A stretch of 64,000 bases of DNA from an uncultured Nannocystaceae bacterium (GCA_964402225.1 CAYOBQ010000018.1:9290-73289), one strand, 5' to 3'; positions 10,166-20,514 are shown, counted from the stretch's first letter. Notes: generated by a model from the sequence alone, not told the origin. Made by a program: numbers and translations.

Positions 10166-10274
10166 CGTTGATGTGCCTTCCTTTGGTGGTTCCACCGGCC
10201 CATACACCGGCGCCGACGAGACCCTTTTTTCGCCCCGCTGGTTTGGGGGGCGGTCCCTGCGCCATCATTCGAGC

Positions 10275-11528
10275 GTGATCCGCAGACGTGCCTGGCTCCT
10301 GGTTCCGCTGCTCGCCGTGGCCTGCGCCCGGACGGCCGAGGAGGATTCGATCCCCTTTCGGGCCGACGCCCTCGTGAGCGGCGGCGGAGGGGCCGGCGGG
10401 GAGGCACGGCCCGAGGCCGCCCGCTTCCTCTTCTTCACCCTCGCCGGTCAGGGCTACCTGGCGAGCGCCGCGGGGACCGAGGCGCGCCCCATCTGCGACG
10501 CCGTCAGCTTGCGGGTCGACGCCGCGGGGGAGCGGGTGCTCTGCATCCCCGCCAGCCCCGACGCGCCCCTCCTGCTCCATGACCTCGCGGCCACAGAGGT
10601 CATCGCCCGCTACCCGGGTTGGCGCGAGAGCCGTCTCGGGACGCCTCAGCTCTCGCCGGATGGGGGCCGCGTCGCCTTCCCCACCATCAACGAGGCCGGG
10701 AAGCGCGTGGTGCAGGTGCGCGACGACGGTGAGAACCTCGTCGGTGAGACGCGGGGCAGCGCCGTCCTGGGCTTCGCCGACGAGCGCACGCTGCTGGTCG
10801 AGGCCGGAGACACCCAGCTCTGGCGCATCGGGGAGGACCCGGTGGACCTCCACGGGAGCGACGAGCGCCCCGTCGGCCCCGATCCGGCCGGCGCCGTCTA
10901 CGAGGTGCGCTCGCCAGAGCGCACGGTCTTCTTCATGAACGCCGAAGACGGTCGCACGCGCTCCCTCGGCCCGGGGGAGATCGCGGCTGTCCGTGGTCGC
11001 AGGGTCCTGGTCAAGGGCGCCCGCTCCGGTACCGGCGTCCTCTACGACGTGGCCGATGGCGCCTTCTCGGCGGAGGTGCCGGTGCCCGAGCTGCCCCTCG
11101 GCGCGGTCCTCCAGATGCGGTTCGCGAGCGCGTCGAAGGTGCTGGTCGAGCAGGTGCGGGTCATCGCCTGCGGCGGATCCACGCTGCGCACGGACCTCTA
11201 CGAGGTTGGCGGCGACAGCGAGGTCCTCGTCGACGAGGCGGGACACCACGTCGCCCACATCGACCCGAGGGGCCGGACCCTGCTCGTCGTCGATGTCGAT
11301 CCCTGCGGGAGGCCCCTCGGCGGTGGGCGGGTCGGCGAGGTGGGCGGGGCGCTCTCCGAGCTCGAGGCGCTGGTCCCGGAGGGGCCGATCCAGAGCGCGG
11401 CGCTGAGCCGCGACGGCCGCTTCGTCGCGGTGACCGTCGCCGACGGCGTGCGCGTCGTGGATCTCGAGTCGGATGTCACTCGGACGGCGGCCAGCGGCGG
11501 CGCCGGTGGGGAGCTGCACTTCCGATGA
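10275..11528 (+). CDS. Lipoprotein with PD40/TolB-like beta-propeller repeats.
   Basis: The start is placed at a GTG (VIRRRAWLLVPLLAVAC|ARTAEE, lipobox). The first ~155 codons of ORF 9810..11528 are antisense to the metalloprotease gene and were discarded. Repeats of the form LSPDGGRVAF and LSRDGRFVAV are present. The stop overlaps the next start (ATGA). Confidence 0.55.
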   Translation: MIRRRAWLLVPLLAVACARTAEEDSIPFRADALVSGGGGAGGEARPEAARFLFFTLAGQGYLASAAGTEARPICDAVSLRVDAAGERVLCIPASPDAPLLLHDLAATEVIARYPGWRESRLGTPQLSPDGGRVAFPTINEAGKRVVQVRDDGENLVGETRGSAVLGFADERTLLVEAGDTQLWRIGEDPVDLHGSDERPVGPDPAGAVYEVRSPERTVFFMNAEDGRTRSLGPGEIAAVRGRRVLVKGARSGTGVLYDVADGAFSAEVPVPELPLGAVLQMRFASASKVLVEQVRVIACGGSTLRTDLYEVGGDSEVLVDEAGHHVAHIDPRGRTLLVVDVDPCGRPLGGGRVGEVGGALSELEALVPEGPIQSAALSRDGRFVAVTVADGVRVVDLESDVTRTAASGGAGGELHFR

Positions 11529-12676
11529 TCTGGCGCATGGCGTTGTTCGGCGCGGCCCTGCTGTTGGTCGTGGGCTTGACCCACACCTACCTCTATCGGC
11601 GTCTTGTCCGCGATCCCTGGCCGGAGCAGCGGCGCGGCGGTCGCTGGCTCCTGCTCTCCCTCGCGTTGTCGATGATGGGCGGCATCGGGCTGGCCCGGGC
11701 GCTCCCGCGCACGCAGGGCGTGTGGGCCGGCTACCTCGCCTACGGCTGGATGGGGATGGTGGTGCTGCTCGTGACCTTGCTGGCGGCGCTGGACGTCGTG
11801 CGACTCGCGTCCCGGCCGCTGCTGGGCAACGCGCCCTCGGACCCGGATCGGCGCCTGGCCCTCGCGCGGGGAGCCGCGGCGGTGGGCCTGCTCGGCTCGG
11901 GGGGCGCAGGCGCCATGAGCGTCCGGGAGGCCCTCGCGCCACCGGAGCTGGTCACGGTCGAGGTGCCGATCGCCGGCCTCCCCCCGGCGCTACGGGGCTT
12001 TCGCATCGTTCAGATCAGCGATCTGCACGTGGGGCCCACCATCGGGCGTGACTTCGTCGAGGCCGTCGTCGAGCGGGCCCGCGCCTTGGAGCCGGATCTG
12101 GTGGTCGTGACGGGCGATCTCGTGGACGGGAGCGTGCCGCGGCTGTGGCCGCACGTGGAGCCGCTCGGTCGGCTGACGGCTCGCCACGGGGTCCTCTTCG
12201 TCACTGGCAACCACGAATACTACTCCGGCGTGGAGGCGTGGCTCGAGGCCGTGACGAAGCTGGGGATGCGTCCGCTGCGCAACGAGCGCGTGACGCTCTC
12301 CCACGACGGCGCACGGTTGGACGTGCTGGGCGTCGACGACTGGCGGGCGAAGCGGCTCGCCCCGGGGCACGGCCACGATCTGGCGCGGGCCGCGGCGGGG
12401 CGGGATCCCTCGCACCCGGCGGTGTTGCTCGCTCACCAGCCCAAGGTCGTCCACGAAGCCGCCGAGTTGGGGCTTGACCTGGTGCTCTGCGGGCACACGC
12501 ACGGCGGCCAGATCTGGCCGTTTGGCCACTTCGTGCGGCTCATCCAGCCCTATGTCGCCGGCCTGCACCGGCACGGGCCGCGCACTTGGATTCACGTGAG
12601 CCGGGGCACCGGATATTGGGGCCCCCCAATGCGCCTGAAGGCCCCCGGTGAGCTCACGTTGGTGCGCCTGGTCTGA
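11525..12676 (+). CDS. Membrane-anchored calcineurin-like metallophosphoesterase.
   Basis: It has N-terminal transmembrane helices and the blocks IVQISDLH, VVTGDLVD, GNHEY and GHTHGG. Confidence 0.85.
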   Translation: MIWRMALFGAALLLVVGLTHTYLYRRLVRDPWPEQRRGGRWLLLSLALSMMGGIGLARALPRTQGVWAGYLAYGWMGMVVLLVTLLAALDVVRLASRPLLGNAPSDPDRRLALARGAAAVGLLGSGGAGAMSVREALAPPELVTVEVPIAGLPPALRGFRIVQISDLHVGPTIGRDFVEAVVERARALEPDLVVVTGDLVDGSVPRLWPHVEPLGRLTARHGVLFVTGNHEYYSGVEAWLEAVTKLGMRPLRNERVTLSHDGARLDVLGVDDWRAKRLAPGHGHDLARAAAGRDPSHPAVLLAHQPKVVHEAAELGLDLVLCGHTHGGQIWPFGHFVRLIQPYVAGLHRHGPRTWIHVSRGTGYWGPPMRLKAPGELTLVRLV

Positions 12677-12686
12677 AGAGGCGTCG

Positions 12687-14147
12687 CTACTCGGCCGGCT
12701 CGACGACGAACTCGGACATCATGCCCAGCTCGGCGTGCTCGAGGATGTGGCAGTGGGCCATCCAGCGGCCGGGGTTGTCCATGTAGGCCGTCACCTCCAC
12801 GGTGCTCTGCCCAGGCACCAGGACGGTGTCCTTCAGGCCGGGCTGCTCGGTTGCGGCGCGCCCGTCCGGCGAGATCGTGAGGAACTGTCCGTGCAGGTGG
12901 AAGGGGTGCTCCGGGCCCAGGCGGTTGACCAGCCGGAAGCGCACGGTGTCGCCCTCCTGGAAGGTGAAAAGCGGCTCCTCGGGCATCGCCTGACCGTTGA
13001 TCCGCCACTCCAGGCCGTTGGCCCCGTTGACGGCGTCGAAGACCATCTCTGCCTCGGTGTTGGGGAGTCGCAGGGGCACCTGCTCACCCGGCACGAAGAC
13101 CACCTCCCGCATCGGGTCGTCGGTGGCCTCGACATCGACCTCGAAGGCGGTGATGGGGACCCACACGAGCTGGTCCAGCTCGTTGCGCGTCGGCATCATC
13201 GTGTTCAGCGTGACCGGGCCCGCCGCGTCGTAGCGGACCTCCACGTTGTAGCGCTGGCCGACGGGCACCAGGAGCTGCTCGGTCTCGTACGGCTCGGCGA
13301 GCGGCCCCCCGTCGGTGCCGACGACGCGGAAGCTGGCGCCCTCGATCTCGAGGAACATCGTGCGGGCGTTGGCCGTGTTCAGGATGCGCCAGAGCTCGAC
13401 CTGGCCCTGCTTCGCGGCGCCCGTGACGGCGTCGGCGCGGCCGTTCGTGAGCAGCACATTGCCGAAGCGACCGTGCATCATCTCGGACCGCGACAGGAAC
13501 GGCGGCAGGCCCTCGCGGTGCCACAGGAGATCGTCGAGGACCAGCATCCGCTCGGCGTCGTAGTCCGGCTCCTCCGCGCGCTGGATCACGATCGGACCGT
13601 AGAGGCCCCGCTCCATCTGCTCGTTGGTGCGGACATGCGGGTGGTACCAGTAGGTCCCCGGATCGCGCGCCGTGAAACGGTAGGAAAATGTGTCACCGGG
13701 CTGGACCGGGTCCTGGATGCGTGGGTTGCCGTCCATCGCGTTGGGGACCCGCAGCCCGTGCCAGTGCACCGTGGTGGGCTCCTCGAGGTTGTTCGTGAAG
13801 TGGATGACGACCTCGTCTCCGATGCGCGCTTGCAGGAGTGGGCCGGGGACCTGCCCGTTGTACGCGTAGCCGTCGTAGCCCATGCCGTCGGCGAGCTCCA
13901 CGCGTTGCGGGGCCGCCGTGAGGTTGAACTCGACCACCCCGGGCGTCGGATCCTCGTCGGTGGCCGCGACCACGCCAGAGACCTCGGGCAGCGGGGGCTC
14001 GAGGGCCGCGTCGGGTTCCGGCGGAGCCGCGTCGGGGGTGGGCGCGGCGTCGGGCTGGGTCATCGGGGCGGCGTCGTCGTCGGTGGCGCTCGAGCCGTCG
14101 TCACAGGCGCCCAGCGAGAGCAGGGTCAGCAAACAGGCGATTCTCAT
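12687..14147 (-). CDS. Multicopper oxidase (CueO/laccase-like) lipoprotein.
   Basis: The signal is MRIACLLTLLSLGAC. The copper ligands HWHG, HPH, HLHG and HCHILEHAELGMM are present. Confidence 0.9.
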   Translation of the reverse strand: MRIACLLTLLSLGACDDGSSATDDDAAPMTQPDAAPTPDAAPPEPDAALEPPLPEVSGVVAATDEDPTPGVVEFNLTAAPQRVELADGMGYDGYAYNGQVPGPLLQARIGDEVVIHFTNNLEEPTTVHWHGLRVPNAMDGNPRIQDPVQPGDTFSYRFTARDPGTYWYHPHVRTNEQMERGLYGPIVIQRAEEPDYDAERMLVLDDLLWHREGLPPFLSRSEMMHGRFGNVLLTNGRADAVTGAAKQGQVELWRILNTANARTMFLEIEGASFRVVGTDGGPLAEPYETEQLLVPVGQRYNVEVRYDAAGPVTLNTMMPTRNELDQLVWVPITAFEVDVEATDDPMREVVFVPGEQVPLRLPNTEAEMVFDAVNGANGLEWRINGQAMPEEPLFTFQEGDTVRFRLVNRLGPEHPFHLHGQFLTISPDGRAATEQPGLKDTVLVPGQSTVEVTAYMDNPGRWMAHCHILEHAELGMMSEFVVEPAE

Positions 14148-14378
14148 GGGCTGTTCTCCTCGCGAAACGCGGGCCTTTTAGCACAAGGCCCCATGTGTCG
14201 CGGTGCGGCGATTTGTCCACCCTGGACCCCACCTCGTGACCGAAGACACGCTTTTCGGCGCGTCCTTCGCCGATCGTTCTTCGTCTCGCCACGTCCGAGC
14301 ACCGCACCCAGCTTGTTGGCGATTTGTCCTCGACCCCAACGGTTTGGGGAGCGGGCTCGTGGGCGAGGTCGCAGTGGC

Positions 14379-17300
14379 CTACCAGGCCTGGATGCGCTCG
14401 AGCTCGATCGTCTCGTCTGGCAGCACCACAACGAAGCGGATGAGGCCCGCGCCCTCGACCCCGAAGCTCTGGGTCGTCATGCGGTACTCGCCAAAGGCTT
14501 CGCCGTCGCGGCGCACCTCGCCCAGCGCGGCCCAGTAGTCCTCGGAGGAGGGCTTGCCGTTCCTGAAGGCCTTGCGCGTCGTCGCGTCGATCCACGTGTA
14601 GGAGACCGCCCCGACATCGAGCACGCTGCGATTGATGCGCTCGGCGCTCTGCGCGGTCGTCGGCCTGGGCTCGGCCGCCGTCACCAACTCGAAGCGCCAC
14701 TGCTCGTCGAGCGCGAGGCGCACGTCGGCCCAGCGGATGGTCCCCGTCAGGAGGTACGCGTTGTCGTACGAGTGGCCGCTCGTGTCCGACTCGAAGTGCT
14801 CCGTGCCTCGGTAGCGCAGCCCCTCGAGCGCGTAGTCGACGCCGCCATCCCGCAGCGTGCCGTCGATGCGCACGTCGCGCTCGGCACCCTGCTTCACGCT
14901 GGAGACGTGCACCCTCCCCCCGGACCCCTCGACCTCGAAGACGAGCCGGTGGTCGCCGCCGAGCACCGCGTCGGGGCTCGACAGGTCGGCGGCCTGCACC
15001 TCCTCCACGGCGAAACGGAGCGTCTGGCCCTCGACGTGCACCACGAGGGCGTCATCGGGCTCCGCCGACCAGACCCACTGCTCCCCCTCCTGCGACACCG
15101 TGCCCGTCGTCACCAGTCGCTCCCCCCCACCACCTTGGACCGACGCCACGAACAGCGCGTTGACCAGCACGCGCCCCGCCGCCACGACCTGCTGCACCAC
15201 CACCTCGGGCACGGCGTAGACCGCCTTCAACGGCGCCAAGGCGGTGCTCACGGGCCCGTCGCGCGCCCCGCCGTCGTCGGCCACCACCACCCCGCCGCCT
15301 CCTCCGCCCCCACCGGCCGGGGCGCAGCCGCAGATCAGGAGCATCAACATCGAGCGGGTCGCGGGTCGCATGGCTCTGGTCCATCGCGGTGGACTACGAA
15401 GGCGAGCCGAGACCGGGGCGCCGGCTCCGAGTGTGGATTCAGCAAGTCCAAGAGAACCAAGACAGCGGGCGAGCCATCTCTGTCTGGGGCCAGGCGAGCA
15501 GACGCACCGTCGTGGGCGATCTTCCCTCGTCCGGCCGCGGCCCCCCCGGCGGCGGTGGGGTGCTAGCAACAGGAGGGCAAACCACCCCACCGTCGTGCCC
15601 CCGCCCGGTGTCGAGCAGCCGCAGCCATCGCTGCTCTGCGCCTCTTCGGGGGGGTCCTCGTCGGCCCCCGGTTCGACGTCGCCCGCGTCCCTCGGCGGCG
15701 GTCCATCGAGGGCCGCGTCCGGGCCGCTGTCGGTGACCCCGAGGTCGACGGGAGGCCCCCCGTCGGGGGGTGGCACGGGCTCCTGCTCGAGCAGGGCTTC
15801 GATCGCCTGTGCGGCGTGTACGCGCAGCCCCTCGAACGCGCCCTCGTGGTGACCATCGAGGGGGATCGCGGCGGCGGCCTCCAGGCGATGCGCGTCGCCA
15901 GCCGGCCCCAGGTAGGACGCGACGAGACCGGCCATCTGCCCGCGGGTGTATCCGCCGAGCCTCTGCAGGATCCGCAGATACTCGATGTCCTGCTGAGCGC
16001 GGCGGTAGGCAGCGAGGCGCAGCGAGGGGTAGACGACCGGCTCGAGCGCGTCCTCGCTCACCACGAGCAGCGCCAGGCGCTGGGCATCTGGAGCGCCGCC
16101 TTCCAACAGCGACGGGTCGTAGCTCACGGTCTGCCATGGGAGCACCCCATCGCCGCCGAGGGCGAAGGTGCGCAACGCCCAGGCCTGGACGTGGTGGTTG
16201 CTCTCGGTCACGAGGTTCGGTGACCCGTAGCTCCACAGCTCGCCACCCGTGCGCCGGCGCCACGCGTCCAGGACGCGTGGGAAGCGGCTCAGCGCGCTCA
16301 CGCTGCAGACGTAGAGGCCGACGCGCTCCAGGTAGCCGCGGTGATACTCCGGTCGGCTCACGTCGGCGCGGAAGCGTAGATCGACGCCCGGCACGGGGGC
16401 GGCGGCGTCGAAGAGCCCGGCGAAGTAGTCGAGGGCGCGGAAGTCCCAATAGGAGGCGGGCTCGTCCAGGGACCACGGGGTCGGGTTGTTCGGTCCCGGC
16501 TTGTTGTTCAAGTAGACCTGGAAGAGCGTCGCGCCCCAGCCCCGCTCGCCGGCCAGCCGCGCGAAGTCCCCCAGCACCGCGCTCCAGGTCGCCGCGTAGA
16601 TCTCGTCGAAGACCGCGTAGGCGTCGATCTCGTCCTCGACCCGGTGGGCGTTCATCGGCAACGGCCAGTTCTCGTGGAACGGCAGGTAGAATCCCCCGAC
16701 GGGGAAGGCGCCGCCGCCCAGGATGGGGTCGAAGGCCTCCACGAACTCGTCCCAGTTGCCGCTCATCGCGCCCGGCTCGATGTCATTGAACGCCGCCTCG
16801 TCCTGCCGGCGCCCGTCGGGTAGCCGCATATCCATCCGGGTCCGCCCGCTGTGGCCGTAGGGCACCACGTTCACGTAGCTGCGGAACCGGCGCGCCACCC
16901 GCTGAATCGCCCACAGCGTCGGCGCGGTGTCCGGCCAACCGTAGGTGTTCAGCTCCATGTGGAAGGTCGGCTCCGCCGGCAGGTCGAAGCCCCAGACTCG
17001 TAGATCGATGGGCAACTCGATTCGCTCGGGTCCGGCCACCACCAGGCGGGCGCCGACGTGACCGGCGGGGGCCCCCGCCGGTACGTCGAGCTCGACGAGG
17101 AGCTGGAGCAGTCGTCCGCCGTCGTCATCCGTCGCGAGGCCCGCGAGGCTCGAGCGGGCCGGCGCCCCGGAGGGTGAGCGCAGGATCTCCGGGTGTGGGC
17201 CCCGGTCGGTCGTCACCGAGCGGATCGGCGTGAGGCTCGCGCCGACGCCGTCGGGTGCGGCCACGCTGACCTCGATGTCCGCCACCGGGCCCCCGACAGC

Positions 17301-18467
17301 CCCCACGACCAGCACGAAGGCGACGGTCTCACCACCGGCCGCGGCGAGGGAGATCCGCCCGTCGACAAAGCGCGCGTTGTGCTGCTCGTAGCCGTGGAAG
17401 ACCGGTTCGACGAGGCCGCCGTCCCTGCGCAGCTTGTCCGTCTCGGGGATCGCCCACACCTCCAGCCCCCCCGCCTCGTGCCGCGTCCCGTCGCTGCCAG
17501 GCGCATCGATTGCGAGGTCTGGAAACGGGATCGCGGGGCGGTCCGAGGCGACGACGTCGATCTCGGCGGCGGGCCCCTCGGCGCCAGATCGGCTGACCGC
17601 GGTGAGCGAGAGGTGGGCCGCCTGGCCAGGCGCGAGGATGTCGCGGAGGCGCAGCGTCTGCGCCTCCCCCGCCGCGGCCGCGAAGGGGACCAGGTAGCGC
17701 GGCGCCGCGACGCCGTTCACGAGGAGCCGATAGGCGAAGGCGCGGGCAGGCGCCGTGAAGCGCAGCACGACCTCGCCCCGATCCGCCGCCTCTTCGTCCG
17801 CTCGCAGCGCGCCGACGGCGGCGGGGGCCTCCACCCCCGGGCCCAGCACGACCTCGAGGTACGGGGCGTCGCCGCTCTCGCGCGATTGCACCGTAGGGTT
17901 CCGCGACACGTCGTGCTCCGACTCGAAGACCGCGAGCCCGAAGGCGGCCTCCACGGCGTTGGCGTGCACGAGATCGGGGTCGAGCGTCCAGTCGTAGAAG
18001 CCCTCCATGAGGGTCGCCTCCGACTCGCTGGTGAGCGCGAAGGCGTTGCCGTTGACCACGTCCGGGAAGGTGCTGCCCGGCCACGCCCACGCGGCGCGCT
18101 CCCCGTGGACCGCGTGGTTGTAGGTGGCCCCGGCGGCGCTCTCGGCGAACCCGCCCGAGTCCCCCTCGGCCCAGTCCCCCTGGACGGTCGAGATCGTGAC
18201 CCGACGCAGCGCTTCGCGATGCTGGGCGTAGCGCAACCGCGCGCTGATGACCGTTCGTCCGGCGAGCGGCGCGGTGTCGAACTTCAGCACGAGGTGGTGC
18301 TGGAACGACTTCAGCCGGATGGCGTGGGCCGCGCCCATGTTGAAGTCCCGCTCACCGCCCACGTCGATGATCGAGTTGTCGGCGGTGATGGCGAGGCGGA
18401 GGGGCTGAGCCACGGCGGGACCGCCGCACAGCGCGAGGACGAGCGAGGCACGCACCACGAGCGACAT
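14379..18467 (-). CDS. Single open frame that appears to fuse two genes. (a) A ~950-aa secreted protein ending in a MYXO-CTERM-like sorting signal. (b) A ~323-aa lipoprotein (MLMLLICGC...) starting near 15349.
   Basis: The N-terminus MSLVVRASLVLALCGGPAVAQP is a signal peptide (the ORF-track start at 18524 is an extension). Near 15520-15640 the frame reads ...SSDGCGCSTPGGGTTVGWFALLLLAPHRRRGGRGRTRE, a Cys motif followed by a TM helix and an Arg cluster, and there is no stop. About 70 codons of low-GC3, intergenic-looking sequence follow. A second signal peptide (MLMLLICGCAPAGG) then opens a distinct protein that ends at 14379. Confidence 0.5.
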   Translation of the reverse strand: MSLVVRASLVLALCGGPAVAQPLRLAITADNSIIDVGGERDFNMGAAHAIRLKSFQHHLVLKFDTAPLAGRTVISARLRYAQHREALRRVTISTVQGDWAEGDSGGFAESAAGATYNHAVHGERAAWAWPGSTFPDVVNGNAFALTSESEATLMEGFYDWTLDPDLVHANAVEAAFGLAVFESEHDVSRNPTVQSRESGDAPYLEVVLGPGVEAPAAVGALRADEEAADRGEVVLRFTAPARAFAYRLLVNGVAAPRYLVPFAAAAGEAQTLRLRDILAPGQAAHLSLTAVSRSGAEGPAAEIDVVASDRPAIPFPDLAIDAPGSDGTRHEAGGLEVWAIPETDKLRRDGGLVEPVFHGYEQHNARFVDGRISLAAAGGETVAFVLVVGAVGGPVADIEVSVAAPDGVGASLTPIRSVTTDRGPHPEILRSPSGAPARSSLAGLATDDDGGRLLQLLVELDVPAGAPAGHVGARLVVAGPERIELPIDLRVWGFDLPAEPTFHMELNTYGWPDTAPTLWAIQRVARRFRSYVNVVPYGHSGRTRMDMRLPDGRRQDEAAFNDIEPGAMSGNWDEFVEAFDPILGGGAFPVGGFYLPFHENWPLPMNAHRVEDEIDAYAVFDEIYAATWSAVLGDFARLAGERGWGATLFQVYLNNKPGPNNPTPWSLDEPASYWDFRALDYFAGLFDAAAPVPGVDLRFRADVSRPEYHRGYLERVGLYVCSVSALSRFPRVLDAWRRRTGGELWSYGSPNLVTESNHHVQAWALRTFALGGDGVLPWQTVSYDPSLLEGGAPDAQRLALLVVSEDALEPVVYPSLRLAAYRRAQQDIEYLRILQRLGGYTRGQMAGLVASYLGPAGDAHRLEAAAAIPLDGHHEGAFEGLRVHAAQAIEALLEQEPVPPPDGGPPVDLGVTDSGPDAALDGPPPRDAGDVEPGADEDPPEEAQSSDGCGCSTPGGGTTVGWFALLLLAPHRRRGGRGRTREDRPRRCVCSPGPRQRWLARCLGSLGLAESTLGAGAPVSARLRSPPRWTRAMRPATRSMLMLLICGCAPAGGGGGGGGVVVADDGGARDGPVSTALAPLKAVYAVPEVVVQQVVAAGRVLVNALFVASVQGGGGERLVTTGTVSQEGEQWVWSAEPDDALVVHVEGQTLRFAVEEVQAADLSSPDAVLGGDHRLVFEVEGSGGRVHVSSVKQGAERDVRIDGTLRDGGVDYALEGLRYRGTEHFESDTSGHSYDNAYLLTGTIRWADVRLALDEQWRFELVTAAEPRPTTAQSAERINRSVLDVGAVSYTWIDATTRKAFRNGKPSSEDYWAALGEVRRDGEAFGEYRMTTQSFGVEGAGLIRFVVVLPDETIELERIQAW

Positions 18468-18644
18468 TCGACGACTCCTGGACCACCCCGCTCCCACGAT
18501 GGCGCCTTCGCCCATGGCGCGCAACGCCTGCCACCTCGACGTTCACGCTCGTGCCCCCGGGCTCGGTGTCCGTGGGGTAGAGCGCCGGGTCGACCGCGGT
18601 GCGCCCAACGCGGCCGTGCCTTGCGTCCCGCGACGGTTGCTGCC

Positions 18645-20514
18645 ATGACCACCAGCGTGCGCTGCCTATGTGTGATCCCGCTGCTGTGGGCGTGTACCGA
18701 GCCGCCGCGGGAGCCGCCGGCGCCGCGGGTCCCCGTGGAGGTCCGCTTCGCCGGGTGCGCCGAGGTCCGCCGAGGCCCGGTGTGTCTCTTGAAGGCCGAG
18801 CGCACGCTGACGGTGTGGGTGCGGCGGGTGCCGGGGATCGTCTTCGATGTCGTCGCTGCCGGACGCACCCTCGAAGCGGTCACCGCGGAGGTCGAGGGGG
18901 GCCGTCGCCTCGAGGTCAAGGTGCCCGAGGGCGCTTCGGTGCTCACGGTGGCGCCGCGGGGGGCTCGGGGACGCTGGGCGAGCGGACGCCGCTGACGGTC
19001 GTGGAGACGGCCGCCGAGGCGCGCAGGAGCGGGGAGACAGAGGCCGCCATCGCCCGGTTGGAGCGGGCCCGTCGCTCCGATGGTCGCCAACTATGGCGAG
19101 GGCGCCGCGGCGCTGCCCTACTACCAGGCGCAGGTGGCGGAGAAGTCGGGCGACCTGCGCACGGCGTTGCGGCGCTTGCGGGAGGCCGCCGACGCTTCGG
19201 CCTCCACCGGCTTCGCCGCCACGCGTTGCAGCTACTCGCCGTGGATCTGCAGGTCGTGGGTCGCCCCGAGGAGGCCCTGGAGATCCTCGACGCCCTCGGC
19301 GTCGAGATGGTGCGCGTGGAGGCGCCCTGCGAGCGCGCTCGCATCGTGTCCGTCGGGCAACGCGGCGTGGGCGAATCTGGCCCACGCCCGGCTCCTCTCC
19401 GGCCGCCTGGAGCCGGCGTCGGAGGCCACCCGGACAGCACGGGGGACAGCGGGGCTGGACGACCACACCCGCGTCTGGCTCGACGATCTGGAGGGCCGCG
19501 TGGCCCTCGCCCGAGGTGACGCCGACGGGGCGCTCACGTCCTACCGCGCGCTGGCGGATCGCGGGCGTCTGGCGCGGGCACCGGACGTCGTCTGGCGCGG
19601 CACGCTGGGCGAGGCGAGGGCTCACCGGGCGGTGGGGAGACGCGCCGCCGCTCTGGCTGCCTTCGGTCGGGCAGAAGCGCTGCTCGACGATCTCGCCGTC
19701 GAGCTCCCGCTCCAGGATGGGCGGGCGCGTTTCCTCGGGGACCGCGCGCGGGCGACCCGCGACCACCTGGATCTGCTGTTGGAGGCGGGGCGGGCGGGGG
19801 ACGCGCTGGCCGTCGCTCGGCGGGCTCGGGCCCGGGTCGTGCGTCACCTGCAGCGGCTCGACCGCCTCGGCCGCCTCTCGGCCACGGAGCGCCTGCGCCG
19901 GCTGCTCGACGATTCCTTCGCGGTCCTGGCGGACGCGCCGGCGAATCCGCGGCTCAGGGCCCCCGGCCCCGGCGATCTGTGGCTGGTCTATCATCCGCTG
20001 CCCCGGGGATGGGCCGCCTTCGCGGCGACCGCCGCCCTTCGCAGCCCAACTCGAGGTGGCGCGGCGCGTGCGGGTCCTGGCCTACGGTCGCTTGCTCGAG
20101 GTCGATCTTCATGCGCTGCCTTGGCGCGGGCGCCCGCTCGTGGCGAGCTTGCCCGTCGCCTACCCCCTCGACCTCGCAGCCACGCCGGTCGCGGGTCATG
20201 GCGTCTTCGCCGGGCGAGGTGGCCGGGACAGCGCGCAGCGCCTCGCGGGCCGCCGGCTCTCCGTCGGCGAGATCCTCGCGCTTCCGTGGATCCCCGCGCG
20301 CGTCGTGTTGCCGGGCTGCGAGACCGCCCGCACGGCGCTCGACGCACCGCCGGCGGCGGTCAGCCTCGCCCACGCCTCTCTGACGGGGGGCGCCGAGCAG
20401 GCGGTGGCGGCCGTACGCCCCGTCGATGACCGACCCGCGACCCAGCTCATGGGCGCCCTCTATCGCGGGGGGGTGCCCTCGACGCAGCCTTGCGCGACGC
20501 CCAGCTCGGGTTGA
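18645..20514 (+). pseudogene. Lipoprotein with TPR repeats and a C-terminal CHAT (caspase-like) protease domain. It needs about four frameshifts to read through.
   Basis: Frame 0 gives MTTSVRCLCVIPLLWAC|TEPP (lipobox). Frames 2 and 0 alternate through TPR-like segments (GTLGERTPLTVVETAAEARRSGETEAAIARLERARRSDG, then MVANYGEGAAALPYYQAQVAEKSGDLRTALRRLREA..., then LQLLAVDLQVVGRPEEALEILDALGVEMVRVEAP..., then GLDDHTRVWLDDLEGRVALARGDADGALTSYRAL...). Frame 1 ends with a CHAT signature (...LALPWIPARVVLPGCETARTALD...) and stops at 20514. Confidence 0.45.
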
